From NCBI RefSeq assembly GCF_009914755.1, contig NC_060925.1: a stretch of 64,000 bases of DNA. One strand, given 5' to 3'. Both the position numbers and the translations under genes were made by a program. The stretch comes from the human T2T-CHM13v2.0 reference genome, Homo sapiens. How positions within the stretch are numbered: the stretch's first letter is position 1; the number at the start of each line of letters is the position of its first letter. Under the pieces are notes generated by a model that did not search any database, was not told the DNA's origin, and was given only the letters and a program-made list of their open reading frames with translations. This document shows positions 28,612 to 44,800 of this stretch, piece after piece.

Positions 28612-29480
28612 TGTTATAAAGCTCCCTCCTCAAAGGATAGCAAAAAAAAAACAAACAAACAAACTGTTTTTCCTACTGTCCACTCTCACATTTAATACAA
28701 CACAGCACCTCTGTTTATCAAAATGTGTGGGGATTTCTCCGCACATACAAAGAAGCAATTCTGTAGTAGATTCTCCAGTAGAACCCAGGTGGGTGTCCTA
28801 CAGTTTAACTAAATTCTGATTATCTACCTGGAGATAGCGTCAGATCTCACAGGTTGAGGGCTCAGTCTCACAAGACTGCCCCCACCCTTGAGATACTAGC
28901 ATGGTCTGTGCTTCTAATCACCTGGCTATCAATGGGGATTCCCATAATCCCCTCTTTGAGTTGGTAGAGTGGCTCACAGAACTCAAGGAAACACTTTACT
29001 TATGTTACCCATTTATTATAAAGAGTATTACAAGGGATACAGAAAAACAGCTAGTAGAGAGATGCACAGGGCAAAGTTTAGAAGAAGGGGCACTGAACAT
29101 TGCTCCCAGGCCGTCTCTTGGTGTGCCACCCTCCAAGAAGCTTCATGTGTTCAGCTATCCTGAAGATTTCTGAAACCAGTCCTTTTGGATTTTTATGTAG
29201 GTTTCATTAAGTAGGCATGATTGATTAGATCATTGGCCATTGGTCACCAATTCAACCTTCAGTGTTCCCTCCTCTTCCCAGAGATTAGGGGGACCCAACT
29301 TTATAATTAGGCCATGGTCTTTCGGGTGACTAACCCCCATCCTGAAGCTCTCAAGGTGCCCCCATCTACCAGGCATCTCAGCATACAAAAGACACTCATC
29401 ACACCAGAGATTTCCAAGGGTTTTAGGAGATGAATGTCAGGAAATAGGATGAAGACCAAATATGTATTACAAAATAGCAT
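28612..29480 (-). mobile_element. MER21-family solo LTR
   Basis: TATCTACCTGGAGATAGCGTCAGATCTCACAGGTTGAGGGCTCAGTCTCACAAGACTGCCCC and GAGATTTCCAAGGGTTTTAGGAG motifs. Confidence 0.8.
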
Positions 29481-30769
29481 ACTTCCTACAAAGGAATTAT
29501 AAACTGGGGTGCATGGGTAAGGTGATACTCCTGAGCTGCTGGGTGCTCAAAGAGTGTATCAAAATTTAAACAAGGAACCTCAACACTTGTAACTGAAAGA
29601 CCCAGATCTTACTTATCTTTGGCTATGAAGTCAAATCAGATTTACAGTAATACTCCAAATATCAATGCTCAGAGCCTAAACATCCTTGACAGGCAGAGAT
29701 CCCTTTGCTTCCAGGAGTTTCTCTTCCTAAATATTTCTGGGGCTGCTCTCACAGATGTTTGTGCATCTCAAATGTTCCCTTGGTTTCCTGGGGTTATGCT
29801 AGGTTGGGATCTGTGGGGGGCCAGCAGTTTCTCACAGTTGTCAGCAGAGCCTCTGACAGCAGCTCTGACTTCCACAGCCATTGGTCAGCCAGGGATGCTG
29901 TGTATTCTTCCAGCTGGCCTGATGGCTTTAGGATGCTTCTCCCTCTGCGTCCATGGGGAATGCCTTTCTCTGCTAATCAGCTCTTTCTGGAGTGTTTTGC
30001 AGAGCACAGCTGTTGAACTTCAGTGACACAGTCTCTCCTTTGCCCTACAGCCCATGCCTTCCCAGAGTGGACAGCTCAGCTAAGAGGAGTTTGGTTGGGT
30101 GATGTCAGACTCCACATCACACTCCCCTGGAACATTCACTCCTCCAAATCCCAGACCTATTCTACCACTAAGCTCACTTATATGTTTGTTTTGTTCTTGG
30201 CCATTAGGCATAGCAGGGCTGTTATTGGGTAGCCACTTTAGAGTCCTTTAATATTTCTGGGCAGTTAAGATGCTCCCTAAAACATGCTCAAGGAATCCCA
30301 AGAATTTCTTGAAGAAAGTGTTGCCTAATTTCACAACACTGACCTAGCCAGCTGTGTGTAGGGGTTGGGGGGAGGTTAGGATAGGAGGCATATTTTTAAT
30401 TTAAGTGTGAGAAAACTAATAAAATTACCTTTAAAAATGTAAACATGTATATTAATGCCTAGAAGGGTTACTTGGGGCAGGGGTGGTGAAGTGGGCATAC
30501 AAAACCAAAAAAACACGTGAAGTTTTGATTGTAACTTTCAAACCTGAGCCATTGCCAGCAGTGGTAGCTCCACAGGTTTGAGGCAGCTTGGCTCATTAAA
30601 TAACATGTTATTATAATGTTTGCTGGAGAGTCTCAGCTATTTGTAGATTAGTTTCTGAAAATTCATTTTGTCTTAACATTTGTACTAGACAGAGGAGGTG
30701 GAATGTATGTGTTGTAGGAGGATGAGAGAGCAAAGTCTAACTGAATATGAAGTAAGGAAGTTGGGGAGG

Positions 30770-31326
30770 ATAAAAAATATTTTGGGAAACTGGACATTTG
30801 TCATTCTTTTTGGCTGACTACTCAACTCTTCTCCTTTTATCTTGAGACATTCTCCTTTTTGGCAGAGAGCAGAGTCCTCTTCACTCAGTAGAACTTACAT
30901 ACCATTCTAACCTTCCTTCTAGATAGATTATAAGCATATGACTCAAGATACATGATGATTCATGAGTTCCATCCAAGGCAGATTGTAACTTAGAAGGTAG
31001 GAATCCAAAGAGCCAGGGCCACCAGGAAGCTATCTTGGTGAAGTTAATGGTGTCTGTGGTGGCTAGATCCAGTTTCCAGGGTTTATGGTAATGGTTCCAG
31101 CAGCCAGCAGGGGCCAATGTCCAGCATCAGTGTTGCCAGTGGGACAAGCAGTTGAGTCTGTGCCTGGTAAAAGCAACAGTTGTGCCTTCACAGAATCAGT
31201 TATATGAGGGAATTTTGAACGTTTTTCTTGGGTGGGTGGCATTTAAGATGATTCTGACACTCCTGGAACTTCCATGAGTAACACAATATCCTTCAATAAT
31301 TTCCTTTCTGCCTTAATCACTCAGCT
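30770..31326 (+). mobile_element. Old ERVL LTR (LTR41-like); its last bases lie after the provirus at 39886-39915
   Basis: TTCAATAATTTCCTTTCTGCCTTAA before the provirus and TTGCAACTAAGAAC after it form a typical ERVL LTR 3' end. Confidence 0.45.
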
Positions 31327-31863
31327 TGTCAGAGGCGTTTGAAGCAGAGCAACTCCATCTTGAATAGGGGTGGGAAAATGAGTTTGAGACTTGCTGGGCC
31401 ACATTCCCAGGAGGCTAGGTATCTTAGTCACAAGGTATTTACAGTTAAGGGAACAGAAACAGACCCAGGCAATGTCCTGATGTCCTGATATCTTGAGAAC
31501 AAAAGCATTCCTAGTTTAAGAACAAGTTTTGCTTTAAAGATAATAATATAGACTCTTGTGAAAGATAGTAGTTACACAAAGATTAGCAATCCTTTATCCC
31601 AAATCCTTGTGGCAGAACACATCTCTCCCATGATTTGTCTTTATATACAAACAAGTATTATACCTAAGGTGGGTGCATTCCTGTGCTTACTTTCAGGAAC
31701 ACCCTGCTCTGTCTATGGAGTAGCTATTCTTACATTCCCTTAGTTTTTAAAATAAACACGTATTCACTTTCCTCTGTGGACTTGGTCTGAATTCTTTCCT
31801 GCACAAGATCCAAGAACCCTCTCTTGGGGTCTTGATGGGGACAACTTTCTGGTAACTTCCTCC

Positions 31864-31882
31864 TGGTGAACCACAAAGGGAC
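31864..31882 (+). other. Primer-binding site, probably tRNA-Arg
   Basis: TGGTGAACCACAAAGGGAC resembles TGGCGACCACGAAGGGAC, with CpG decay and one extra base. Confidence 0.6.
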
Positions 31883-32734
31883 TAATGAAGAGACCCCTGA
31901 CCCAAAGGAAATAAACTGCAACACCAATTGGCCAACTTTGGGTAAGTGGTGGGGGTATATTCTATCCCAGGTAAAGAATGAAATTGGGTTAGAGACCCAA
32001 CCTGGAAGGGTTGGAGCTCCACCTAAAACATAGGGGCTTAAAGACTCCTCTTGGTAAAGAGCAAGGATGGTTGTCCAAACTTGGGTTAAAGGCCCAACTT
32101 AGGGGGGTTAGAGTCCCTCCTAAGACAGACATAGGGCATTAGAGATGCCCCTTGGTAAGCCCCCTCTTGGTTAAAAATAGATCTGACTCTACAGGATGTT
32201 TATCACTATTAACTTTGGATTAATTCACCTTGTCCTCTTTGCTTCCTGAATCAATTCCCTGGTTGCTGCCTTTGTTTCATGGCCACTTTCAGGAGACCTC
32301 ATTTAACTGGTCTTGGGATTTTAAGTACCAGGATGGAAATCAGGGGATTTTCCTTGCTGTTTTGTTTCATTTGTACACTAACAAAGCTTCTTTCATTTCT
32401 TGGATTCAGGCAAATTGGCTTTGTTTGTCCAACTCATGCTGCCACTATTGCCCGGAACCTGCTCTCTCTGGTCATCCGCACCTAAATCCTTCTCATTTCC
32501 TTTGCCTTATTTGACATTTCTTTTGTCAGCTTCCATATCATGGTTTATCTAGGGCCCATGGCTCAGCCTGTTTATATTATCTGGCCAATATAAATAAGGG
32601 AATTCAATTTTCAGCAGGTTTTCCGTCATAATGCAGCGTGCCTTAAGAACTGTCTCCTTTTTGATGGAACTTGGCCAATGGCAATACAGTCTCACGGGTG
32701 TGGAAGTTTTCTTTCAACGTCATCTGCCTCCTTT

Positions 32735-34300
32735 ATGGGGAATACAGCATGGATCCCAGAGGACTCACCACTAGGATGTATTCTTGAACATTGGGACAAG
32801 TTTAAACCAAATGGACTTAAGAAAAGAAAGTTGGTGGTTTCATATAATACTGTCTGGCCTCAAATTACTATACTTGGAAAAATAAGAAAAATGGTCAACT
32901 ACCAGAACTATGGCCTTTAATACTATACTTCCACTTGATTTGTTTTGTAAGTGTGAGGGCAAATGGGATAAAACCAATATGTTCAAGCATTTTTATTGCC
33001 CAGTCAAAATAAAACTCTGCAATAGGTATGTGCATGTTTAATGAAAGGAAAGGAAGAAAAAGAATTAGACATACTAGATGATCACTTGATACAAGACCAC
33101 CCCCCTCCCCGCCCCCGCCAACCAGTTCAACAGGTATTTTTGTGTGGAACATGTCAGCTCTGATGCTTCAGGTCTATTGGCCTCTTCTTCTAGCCTCTCT
33201 GGAAGTCCTGTTGAGACTCCTTTGTCCCCTCCTCCCTACCTGTCTAATCCTACTCTATACCTGCTACTCCCTGAGGACCCTAGCCCTGCTAGTACTACTT
33301 GTAGTGGAGCCTCTTATCAACCTCCAAAGGGAAATTTTTGTCTGCTTAGAGCAGTGGCAAATGGGGAAGAAGGCACTGTAAGGGCACATGTCCCCTTTTC
33401 TATGTCTGATTTGGCTTTGTGTAGAGAAAGTTGGTCATTTCTCTGAAGATCCAGGGAAATTCATAGATGAGTTTCAGAAATTAACTCTGACCTATAACTT
33501 GACCTGGTAGGATCTGTATGTTTTGTTGTCTGTTTGTTGTACAGTGGAAGGGAAGCAATACACTCTGGGAATGGCTCAAACCCATGCAAATGAGGTATTG
33601 GCCCATAACCCTAACCATAATATCTACCAGGCAGTGGGTGCAGCAGTCCCTGATCAAGATCCAGGATGGAACTATCAAAGGGGCAGTGAGGACTTGGGGA
33701 AGAGAGATCACATGGTCATTTGTTTTTTGGAAGGATTGAAGTATATGAAAAAGCCTGTTAATTATGAAAAGGTTAAGAAAAGTATTCACCGTAAAGATGA
33801 GCATCCAGCGTTGTGTCAAGTTAAGACAATCAGGAAATATGTAACACTGATCCTGCCTCAAGGAAATAACAGACTTTATTGGGAGTACATTTTATAACCC
33901 TATCTGCCCCTGATAGTAATAGGAAACTACAAAAAGCAGCCTTGGGTCCCCGGACTCCTATGAATCAGCGTTTGGATATGGTATTGATAGTTTTTAATAA
34001 CAAGGACAAAACAAAGGAAGCGGAAAGAGCTAAAAGAACCTTCCACAAAGTGAAGCTTTTGGTTGCAGCCTTAGGTTCACCTCCTGCATGGGTTGCCCTT
34101 AAGGCTATTAGCCTGGACAAGGGAAGCTAGAAGGTGGAAAGCCCTGAGTTGGGCTTTCAAGTCACTGTGCCTTGGGCACAAATCAGTGTGCACACTGTCA
34201 GAAAATTGGCGATTGGAAGAGGGAATTCCCAGTGTTCTGAAGGGAGCCATCAGCACCTGAACAAATGATGGCCAAAATAGCCAAGCAAGCCCATGAGTGA
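32735..34300 (+). pseudogene. gag: Gammaretrovirus-like gag remnant
   Basis: MGNTAWIPEDSPLGCILEHWDKF; PPPY late-domain-like motif in ORF 33144-33446; AVPDQDPGWNYQ; degenerate zinc knuckle CAHCQKIGDWKREF at ~34187-34230. Confidence 0.88.
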
Positions 34301-37300
34301 TGGGGCCTCAGACCTTCAGCCACCGGTCCCACTGGACAACTAACCATTTCTTTGGAGGAGCCTCAGGTAAACCTTGAAGTGGCAGATAAGAATATTAACT
34401 TTCTTTTGGATACAAGGGCTGCTTTCTCTGTTTTGAACCATTATAATGGGCCACTGTCACCTTAAAACTGTGTGGTCATGGGGATAGATGGACAAACTCA
34501 CGGATACCATTTTACCTGTCTGTTAAGATGTTCTTTAGGGACTTCAGCTTTCTCATATGCCTTTTCTTATCATGCCTGAATGTCCCACCACTTTGTTAGG
34601 AAATAATTTGTTGACTCAGCTGCAAACAGTGGCATCTTTTGGAGATCACAGGGCAGATAAAGGATTGCTTCTTCTCCTTTTCTGTGATAAGGGAGGAAAG
34701 TCAATAGGGACTTATCTAGCTTGCCTATTGAAGTAACCTCCCAAATAAATCCTGTAGTATGGGACATTGAGGTTCCAGACAAAGCATTAAATGTTCCTCT
34801 GGTTTGCATTTAGCTTAAGCCTGATGCCCTGTACTCCTGGAAGAGACAAGATCCCCTAAAGCCAGAGGCATAAAGAGGGATTCATCCATTAAGAACTAAG
34901 TTTTTGCAATTTGGTTTGTTAAGACCCTTTAAGTTTCCTTGTAATACTCTAATCTTGCCAATTAAAAAGCCAAATGGAGACTATAGATTTGTTCAAGATC
35001 TTTGAGCTGTCAACAGTGCTGTCATTCCCAAACATCCTGTAGTACTCAACCCCTACATGCTGTTAGCCCAGGTCCTTGGGGATGCAAGTTGGTTTACAGT
35101 CTTAGATCTCAGGGATTTTTTTTTTTTCTGCATTTGAGTATACCCTGATTCAAAATTTATCTTTGCTTTTGGATGGACTGACCCTTGATAGTCATTTGGT
35201 TTCTCAATTAACTTGGATGGTTTTTCCCCAGGAGTGTAGGGACAGCCCACATTTATTTGGAAATGCATTGACTAGAGAATTAAAGATGTTAAAATTGAAT
35301 AGGGGCACTAGTATTTGGTATGTGAATGATTTGTTGGTAGCTAGCCCAACTAAAAGGGGCTCAAATAAAAATGCCATTAAGTTGCTAAATTTTCTGGACA
35401 CTAATGGGTATAGAGTGTCACTGCATAAGGCCCATGTTTCAACTCAAGAAGTTAAATATTTAAGATATGTCTTAACCCCTGGCACCTGGGCAATAGCCCC
35501 CAGAAAAAAAGGAAGTGATCTTGGGAATCCTGGAACCCCAAACCAGAAAGCAGCTATGGGATTTCCTAAGGATGGGAAGATTCTGCTCTTAATGAGTGCC
35601 TGGATTTGGGCATATGGCCAAGTCTTTATGTAAGGCTCTAAAAGGAGCACATGTGATCTTTTTGAATGCAGTATCAATTGTAAAACATACTTTTAATACT
35701 CTCAAGGAGAAACTGGGAACAACTCCAGCCCTAGGGATCCCCAATCTTGATAAGCCATTTCCTTTATTTGGCTGAAAAACAAGGAACGCTCTGGAAGTCC
35801 TTGTCCAGAAACTGGGAGGCATCCCTGACCAGTAGCATATTTTTCTAAGTAATTAGGCCATGTAGCTTTGGAATGGCCCAGATGTCTCAGGGCAGTTGCA
35901 GCAATGGCTCTTTTGGTATATGAAGCCAATAAACTGGCTTTGGGACAACATCTGGAGGTTTTGACCCCACACCAAGTACAAGGAGTACTAGAAGCTAAAA
36001 GACACCAGAGGATGACTGGGGGACATGTATTAAAGTATCAGGTTTTGTTGCTAGACACTCCTGATGTAACCCTTAAAGTCTGCCAGACTTTAAAGCCCGC
36101 TACTTATCTGCCTGAATTCACAGGCACCCTAGATCATTCTCACATACAAGTTATGGAGCAAGTTTATTCCAACTGGTTGTACTTAAAGGATGAGCCTCTA
36201 GATAATCCTGAGGTAGAGCAGTTTACATGTGGAAGTAGCTTTGTGCACCAGGGAAACAGAAAAGCCGGGTATGCTATTGTCAGTCAACATGACATAATTG
36301 AAGCTCAGCCCTTACTGGCTTCTACCTCAGCACAAAAGGCTGAATTATTGGCTCTTATTGCCCTACAGTTGGGAAAGGGTTTAAGAGTTAGCATTTCCAC
36401 TGATTCTAAGTATGCCTTTCTGGTGCTTCATGCTCATGCTGCTATCTGGAAGAAATGAGAACTCCTAATTGCTAAGGGTTCCGTTATAAAACATCACTTG
36501 GAAGTTCTAAATCTGTTAGACGCCATTTTGCTGCCCAAGGGAGTAGCTATAATCCATTGCAGAGGGCATCTGAAAGGGAACTCCAGTGTGAAAAGGGAAA
36601 CTCCTTTGCAGATGATGCAGCTAAAGTCACTGCATTAAAGGATCCAGTTAAACTTGTAGATATGTTAGTGCCCACTGCCCCAGTAATAACAGAACTGAGA
36701 TACACTAAAGAGGAACAAGAATGGGCTAACTGTCATGGCTTAATTCAAGATCCTTCTGGCTGGCTGATTACTGACAGCAGACTATTGACACCAGATGCTA
36801 ATTAAAGGAAAATAAACATTTGCATGACTCTACTCACTTGGGAAGAGATTCTTTGTTTCAATAAATGTTTCATCTTTCTATAGGAAAAGGCTTACGTAAA
36901 ACCGTAAAGCAGGTAACTTGAGCCTGTGAACTTGGTGCCTGAAATAATCCAAGTAACCCAGCTTTACCTTCTCCTTCAGTAAGGCTTGTTCTGCATAGGG
37001 GAACTTATCCCAGTGAAGACTGGCAAATAGACTACACTCAGATGCCCCCGTGAAACGGGTTTAAATATCTATTAGTATTTGTTGACACCTTTTCTAGTCA
37101 GATTGAGGCTTTTCCTACCTGGTCTGAAAAGGCAATCAAGGTTTCTAAATTCTTATTAAATGAATAATTCCTAGGTGTGGGCTGCCTAAAAGCTTGCAGA
37201 CTGATAATGGCCCATCTTTAACTGCAACAATAACCCAAAACATATCTTCAGCCCTAGGAATTCAGTACTGCCTTCATTCAGCATGGAGGCCACGTCTTCA

Positions 37301-37890
37301 GAGAAAGTAGAAAGAGCCAATCGAACTCTAAAGAGAACTGTTGCTAAACTCTGCCAGGAAACATCAGAAGCCTGGCTGACTCTATTGCCTATGGCCTTGT
37401 TGCAGGTTTGCGCTGCCCTTAGAGGAAACCTACACTTCAGCCCTTTTAAAATAATGTTTGGAAGACTTTTCTTAACTACAGACTTCCTAATAGACATAGA
37501 TACTTTCAAGCTACAAAATAATATAATCAACTTAGGACAAGTGCAAAAAGCACTCCTTGAATATGGAAATAAAAGACTTCTTTTCCCTCCTTAGGAAGGG
37601 AATCTTATTATAACCTAGTGGGGAGACTGGGTCCTATGAAAAACTTGGAAAGAAGTATCCACAGCAGATCAGCTTTCTCCCAAATGGAAGGGATCCTATG
37701 AAGTCCTCCTTAGTACCCCAATTGCAGTTAAACTTCTAGGAATAAATAGCTGGGTCCAGTTATCTTGAATTAAACCTGTCCCTTATGAAGCCCCACAGGC
37801 CACTGGAGATGGAGACTGATCCCACTTATTCCTATGAGCCAATCAGTGACCTCTGGCTCCTGTTCAGAAGAAACGAAAAGGATGGATAAC
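34301..37890 (+). pseudogene. pol: pro-pol remnant (PR, RT, RNase H, IN)
   Basis: FLLDTRA at ~34400; YRFVQDL; FPQECRDSPHLFG and WYVNDLL (ORF 35163-35633); SAQKAEL and TDSKYAF (ORF 35868-36458); WQIDYTQMP, TDNGP, KVERANRTLK. Confidence 0.9.
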
Positions 37891-39125
37891 ATAAAATATG
37901 GACTGGCATTCTACTTTTGGGTATAAGTTAGAATCACACGGAGAATAACTTACTTGCTGCGTGGGCACAGACTTTAGCCTCCCTGCATAATCACACCAAA
38001 TGTTGGGTATGTGGAAAATTACCACTTTCCTCCACTTCCAGATTGCCCTGGCATATTCAACCAGCCAACCTAAGTTTATGGGGACTTTATTGTGATTGGG
38101 AAACTGAAAATAATAAACATACACCCTCTTTCCCCATGCACTATAGCTTGTGTGGCCTAAGCCCCTTTCCTCTCATACAGAGAGACAAAAAGGCACTTTT
38201 TTTTTTTGTCTAATTAGGAAACAGATAAATTCCATCCCAACTTAGGTTATACCGTACAGGATGGACTTGGGTGGATGACAGGTATCAAGCAAAGTGTCTC
38301 TATGTCTTGAAAGGCACAATAACAGTCACCACCAGACAGGGATCCATGACATGGGATGGTTGCCACCTCAACAATGTAATCAGACCCTTCTTTAACAGAC
38401 CAAATGTGGTTAGGATGGAAACATAATTCACCAAAAATAGGTGCCTACCCTTCTCCTTGGGGATGGTTATGGGCTTGTAGAACTCATGGCTAGCCATACT
38501 TACCTTAAAATTGGATTGGAAGGTGTATGTGGGGTTGTTCTTATCTCCCAGGATGTATGCTCACTAAATTGGACTCTCTGCCATCTAACTGGGAAATTGT
38601 AAAGGCTCGCCATAGGTGACAAAAACAAGCATCTTGGTGGTTTTACCTGATGGCTGTAGTTTCCCCACAGGAAGCCATGATTGATATTGAACTCACCAAA
38701 CTCACACTTGCAGCTTTCAATAATACACACCATGCCCTTACCCTCCTAACTGAGGAAACTTCTCAAATTAGGCAGGCAGCCTTACAAAACTGCATGTGTT
38801 TGGACATTTTAACAGCGGCTCAAGGGAGAACTTGTGCTTTGATCAAAACTGAATGTTGTGTATATGTTACAGACTACTCACATACTATTACCCAAGCTAT
38901 AAAGGCTTTAGACATTCATATTTCTGCCACTGATGTGCCGTTGGTTGACCCCATATTGGCTTGATTCTAGCAATTGTCTGGTTCTTGGAAAGCCTTCTTG
39001 TTTAGTTTACCTGGAATACTTTTACTTATATTGCCTTGCTGTTGTGGAATATAGTGCAGTGGTACTCTTTGTGTAAGAATGCAAGATAACCTTACTCAAT
39101 GCTTTCATAAATTGGATACTTATTA
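37880..39125 (+). pseudogene. env: env remnant (SU with CWVC, decayed furin site, TM with ISD and CX6CC)
   Basis: HNHTKCWVCG at ~37990-38015; LQNCMCLDILTAAQGRTCALIKTECC in ORF 38650-38964; hydrophobic anchor follows after a stop. Confidence 0.88.
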
Positions 39126-40999
39126 ATCTTCCAGACTACACCTTTTATCAGGACTCAGAGTTGTGAAAGACCCTCACCATACCAATGCTTTCTGACTGAG
39201 CTCCTCCATACCCTGAATACAAGAGACCCTAATGATTAGATGGGAATATCATTGCCTCTGTTCAGCATGAAGAAGCTACAGATGATGGATCTTCATCCCT
39301 CTGCAACTCTTAGGATTAAGGATCTCCTTGTAAAAGGAAGGGGGGAAATGTCAGAGGCATTTGAACAAGAGCAACTCCATCTTGAATAGGGACTGGGTAA
39401 AATGAGGCCAAAGCCTGCTGGGCGGCACTTCCGGAAGGTTAGGCATTCTTAGCCACTAGATATTTTTGCATAAGGAAACAGAAACAGACCCAAGACCTAA
39501 CAGACCCAGGAAATGTCCTGATGTCCCAATATATTAAGAACAAAACCATTCCTAGTTTAAGAATAAGTTTTTCTTTAAAGATAATAATATAGACTCTTGT
39601 GAACGGTAGTAGTTATGCAAAGATCAGCAATCCTTTATCCCAAATCCCTGTAGTAGAGTACATCTCCCTCCTGATTTTGGTTATCTGATAAATAAACAAG
39701 CTTTATACCTAAGGTGGGTGCGTTCCTCCTTTTATTTTTGGCAACACCCTACTCTGTCTATTCTTTTATTCCTTTACTTTCTTAATAAACTTGCTTTCAC
39801 TTTATTCTGTGGACTCAAATTCTTTCTTGCACAAGATCCAATAACTCTCTCTTGGGGTCTGGATTGGAACCCCTTTCCAGTAACAAACTTGCAACTAAGA
39901 ACTCGGACACCAAAATAAATAAACCAACAAAATAATCAAACAATTTGGATTACAACATGCTTGGAAAGGAGGAAAAAGGCCCCATAACCTTATCGCTTTA
40001 ACACAAAAATACTGACCGCTATGTTTCCCTCAGGGCACCCTCCCAAAAGGATTTCATAAAACACTGGATGTCATGTGGACAAAAAAAGGCTCCATCATAA
40101 AATGATTTCAGAAATTTGAGAAATGTTCTGATAATATTACACAGCTTTCTTTACTTTGTTGCATAACTTCTCAAAATCTTTAGTATGGTAATACACTTTA
40201 AGAAGATTCAAGAAATGGATAAACAACTACATTTTTCCCCCGGGAACATTTCAAGGGATATTGAGGAACACATGCTGCAAAATGCTGCCTTCTGCTCTTT
40301 TTGCATATCCAAGTGATTTACGTCATGATAAGTATAGGGCATGTGCAATTTTCTTCCCTGCTTTCTTCTATGCTGTCCTGGGACTTTGAAGCAAGGCTTT
40401 GCATAGAAGCAGATTCTCTCCATTAGTCTCTGGGGTCTGTAAGTGTTAATCTGAGATGATCCAGCAGCAAGCGAGAAGGTAAGAACCCCTGCCCTGAGCT
40501 AGCAGATGGCATCTTGGTACATAGTCTCCGCTCATGTGTACTCTTGTAGAAGCAGATTGTCAGGCCTTGAAATTAGGGCCAAGACCTCCTAATCCTGAAA
40601 TAAACTTAATTTACTTGGGTATTTCCAGCTCACTAAAAAACATATCCAACTTCCCATTCACTTCCCAAGCTTAAGGGTGCGACCTCTACAGTGATTTTAC
40701 ACAGACTATAAAGGAGGAAAAGAAAACTGATTTTCCAGACTGAAGCATGACCGACTACAGCAGGGTTTGCCGTGTAAATGGACAAAGAATATCCTCCTTG
40801 CTCTCAATTATGCCCACTGTGGAAGGGGCAGAGATTTAAGAAGACTTAACTCAGAGGAATGAAAAATAATGGATCATTTGTGGAGCATGGGCTGTTAAAG
40901 GAAAAAAAAAAAAACCTCCTTTTTACTCTAGTATTTTTTTTCACCTGCTGAGTTGGCCTCAGGAAACATGACACTGATAGCTCTATGCCAACTGTGCTG

Positions 41000-41050
41000 C
41001 ATAACTCTGCTGGTTAGAACATGGTACTGAAAAAGTCACAGACATGAATC
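41000..41050 (+). mobile_element. Possible ancient tRNA-derived SINE head (MamSINE1-like), followed by an L2 3' end (~41065-41156)
   Basis: AACTCTGCTGGTTAGAACATGGTACTGA resembles a tRNA A-box region. L2 end is TAAATATTTGTTGAATTAATGAA. Confidence 0.35.
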
Positions 41051-41928
41051 TCCATTTGAATTTATATTCAATGAGGATAGGGACTTGGTTTTCTTTCACT
41101 GCTATATCCCCAGGATGTAGAATAGTTGCACTATAAATATTTGTTGAATTAATGAAATCTATCTTTTTAGAGAAGAACTAGTTTGGCTAGGCCTCACAGA
41201 CAGAGGTTGAACCTCGAATCCTCACCAGCCTGAAACTTCTAGTTTAGTATATATGTGTGTGTATAAAGGTAATTACTATCATATTTCTCTAAGTTTCCTT
41301 TGAAAAACTGTCAAGCCACAGATCTCTGTTTTGTCCTGTTTAGTCAGAATTCACAGTGAATAATCTCCTTGCTGTAAACATGCTTGTTCAGAAATGCATT
41401 GCTCTGTTTCTGGTAATATAATGGCTAGGTACCTGCAACAATCTTCTTGCTAATATTAAAAAAGCAAGTTAATGCATATTTTAAAAACTCTTCCTAAAGG
41501 CATCCAAGAACTGGTAAAACATAGCAGCAAGGATTTATCAGTCCAACATCTAAGGGAAGGCAGGAACCAAGAGAAGTAAGCAAAACTCCGAAACTGGTTT
41601 TACCCTAAGGGCTATTGCTGAACATGATGAGCCTGAGCTTCAATTTTCATATTATTTTAGGACAAGTGCCTCTGTGTGTATGGTGTGTGTGTGTGTGTGT
41701 GCATGTGTGTATGTGTAAAAGAGAGAAAGAGAGAGACAGAAAACAAAGTTCAAAGCCTATTCCCAAATTCTGTAAATCCAACGTGTCACAAGCTAAGTGT
41801 AGATGTGAGTGAGATCTAAACCCAACTTCAACCTTTCCACACACAGGAGATTTCACGGCAAGTAGCTTAAGCACCCAACAAAACAGGGGTTAAAAAAACA
41901 AAACAAAACAAAAAAACAAAAAAAAACC

Positions 41929-44800
<2,872 letters not shown>

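Larger units (their letters stand above)
31327..39885 (+). mobile_element. ERV1 provirus with MER41C-like LTRs and a coding-type (PRIMA41-like) internal region; defective
   Basis: LTRs 31327-31857 and 39349-39885 both start TGTCAGAGGC(G/A)TTTGAA. TSD AGCT/AACT. PBS at 31864, splice donor TGG|GTAAGT at 31942, PPT at 39332-39348, and gag-pro-pol-env in order. Confidence 0.92.

Noticed and set aside
29619-30232. 135-aa and neighbouring ORFs in unique sequence
   Set aside because: Non-ATG or weak starts, no recognisable domain and no supported exon structure.
39349-39885. Interferon-inducible STAT1 (GAS) enhancer as in MER41B
   Set aside because: These LTRs look MER41C/D-like and I did not find the tandem TTCNNNGAA sites; TTCCGGAA has only a 2-bp spacer.
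41000-41050. tRNA gene
   Set aside because: Only a degenerate A-box-like stretch, with no B-box or cloverleaf; at best an ancient SINE head.
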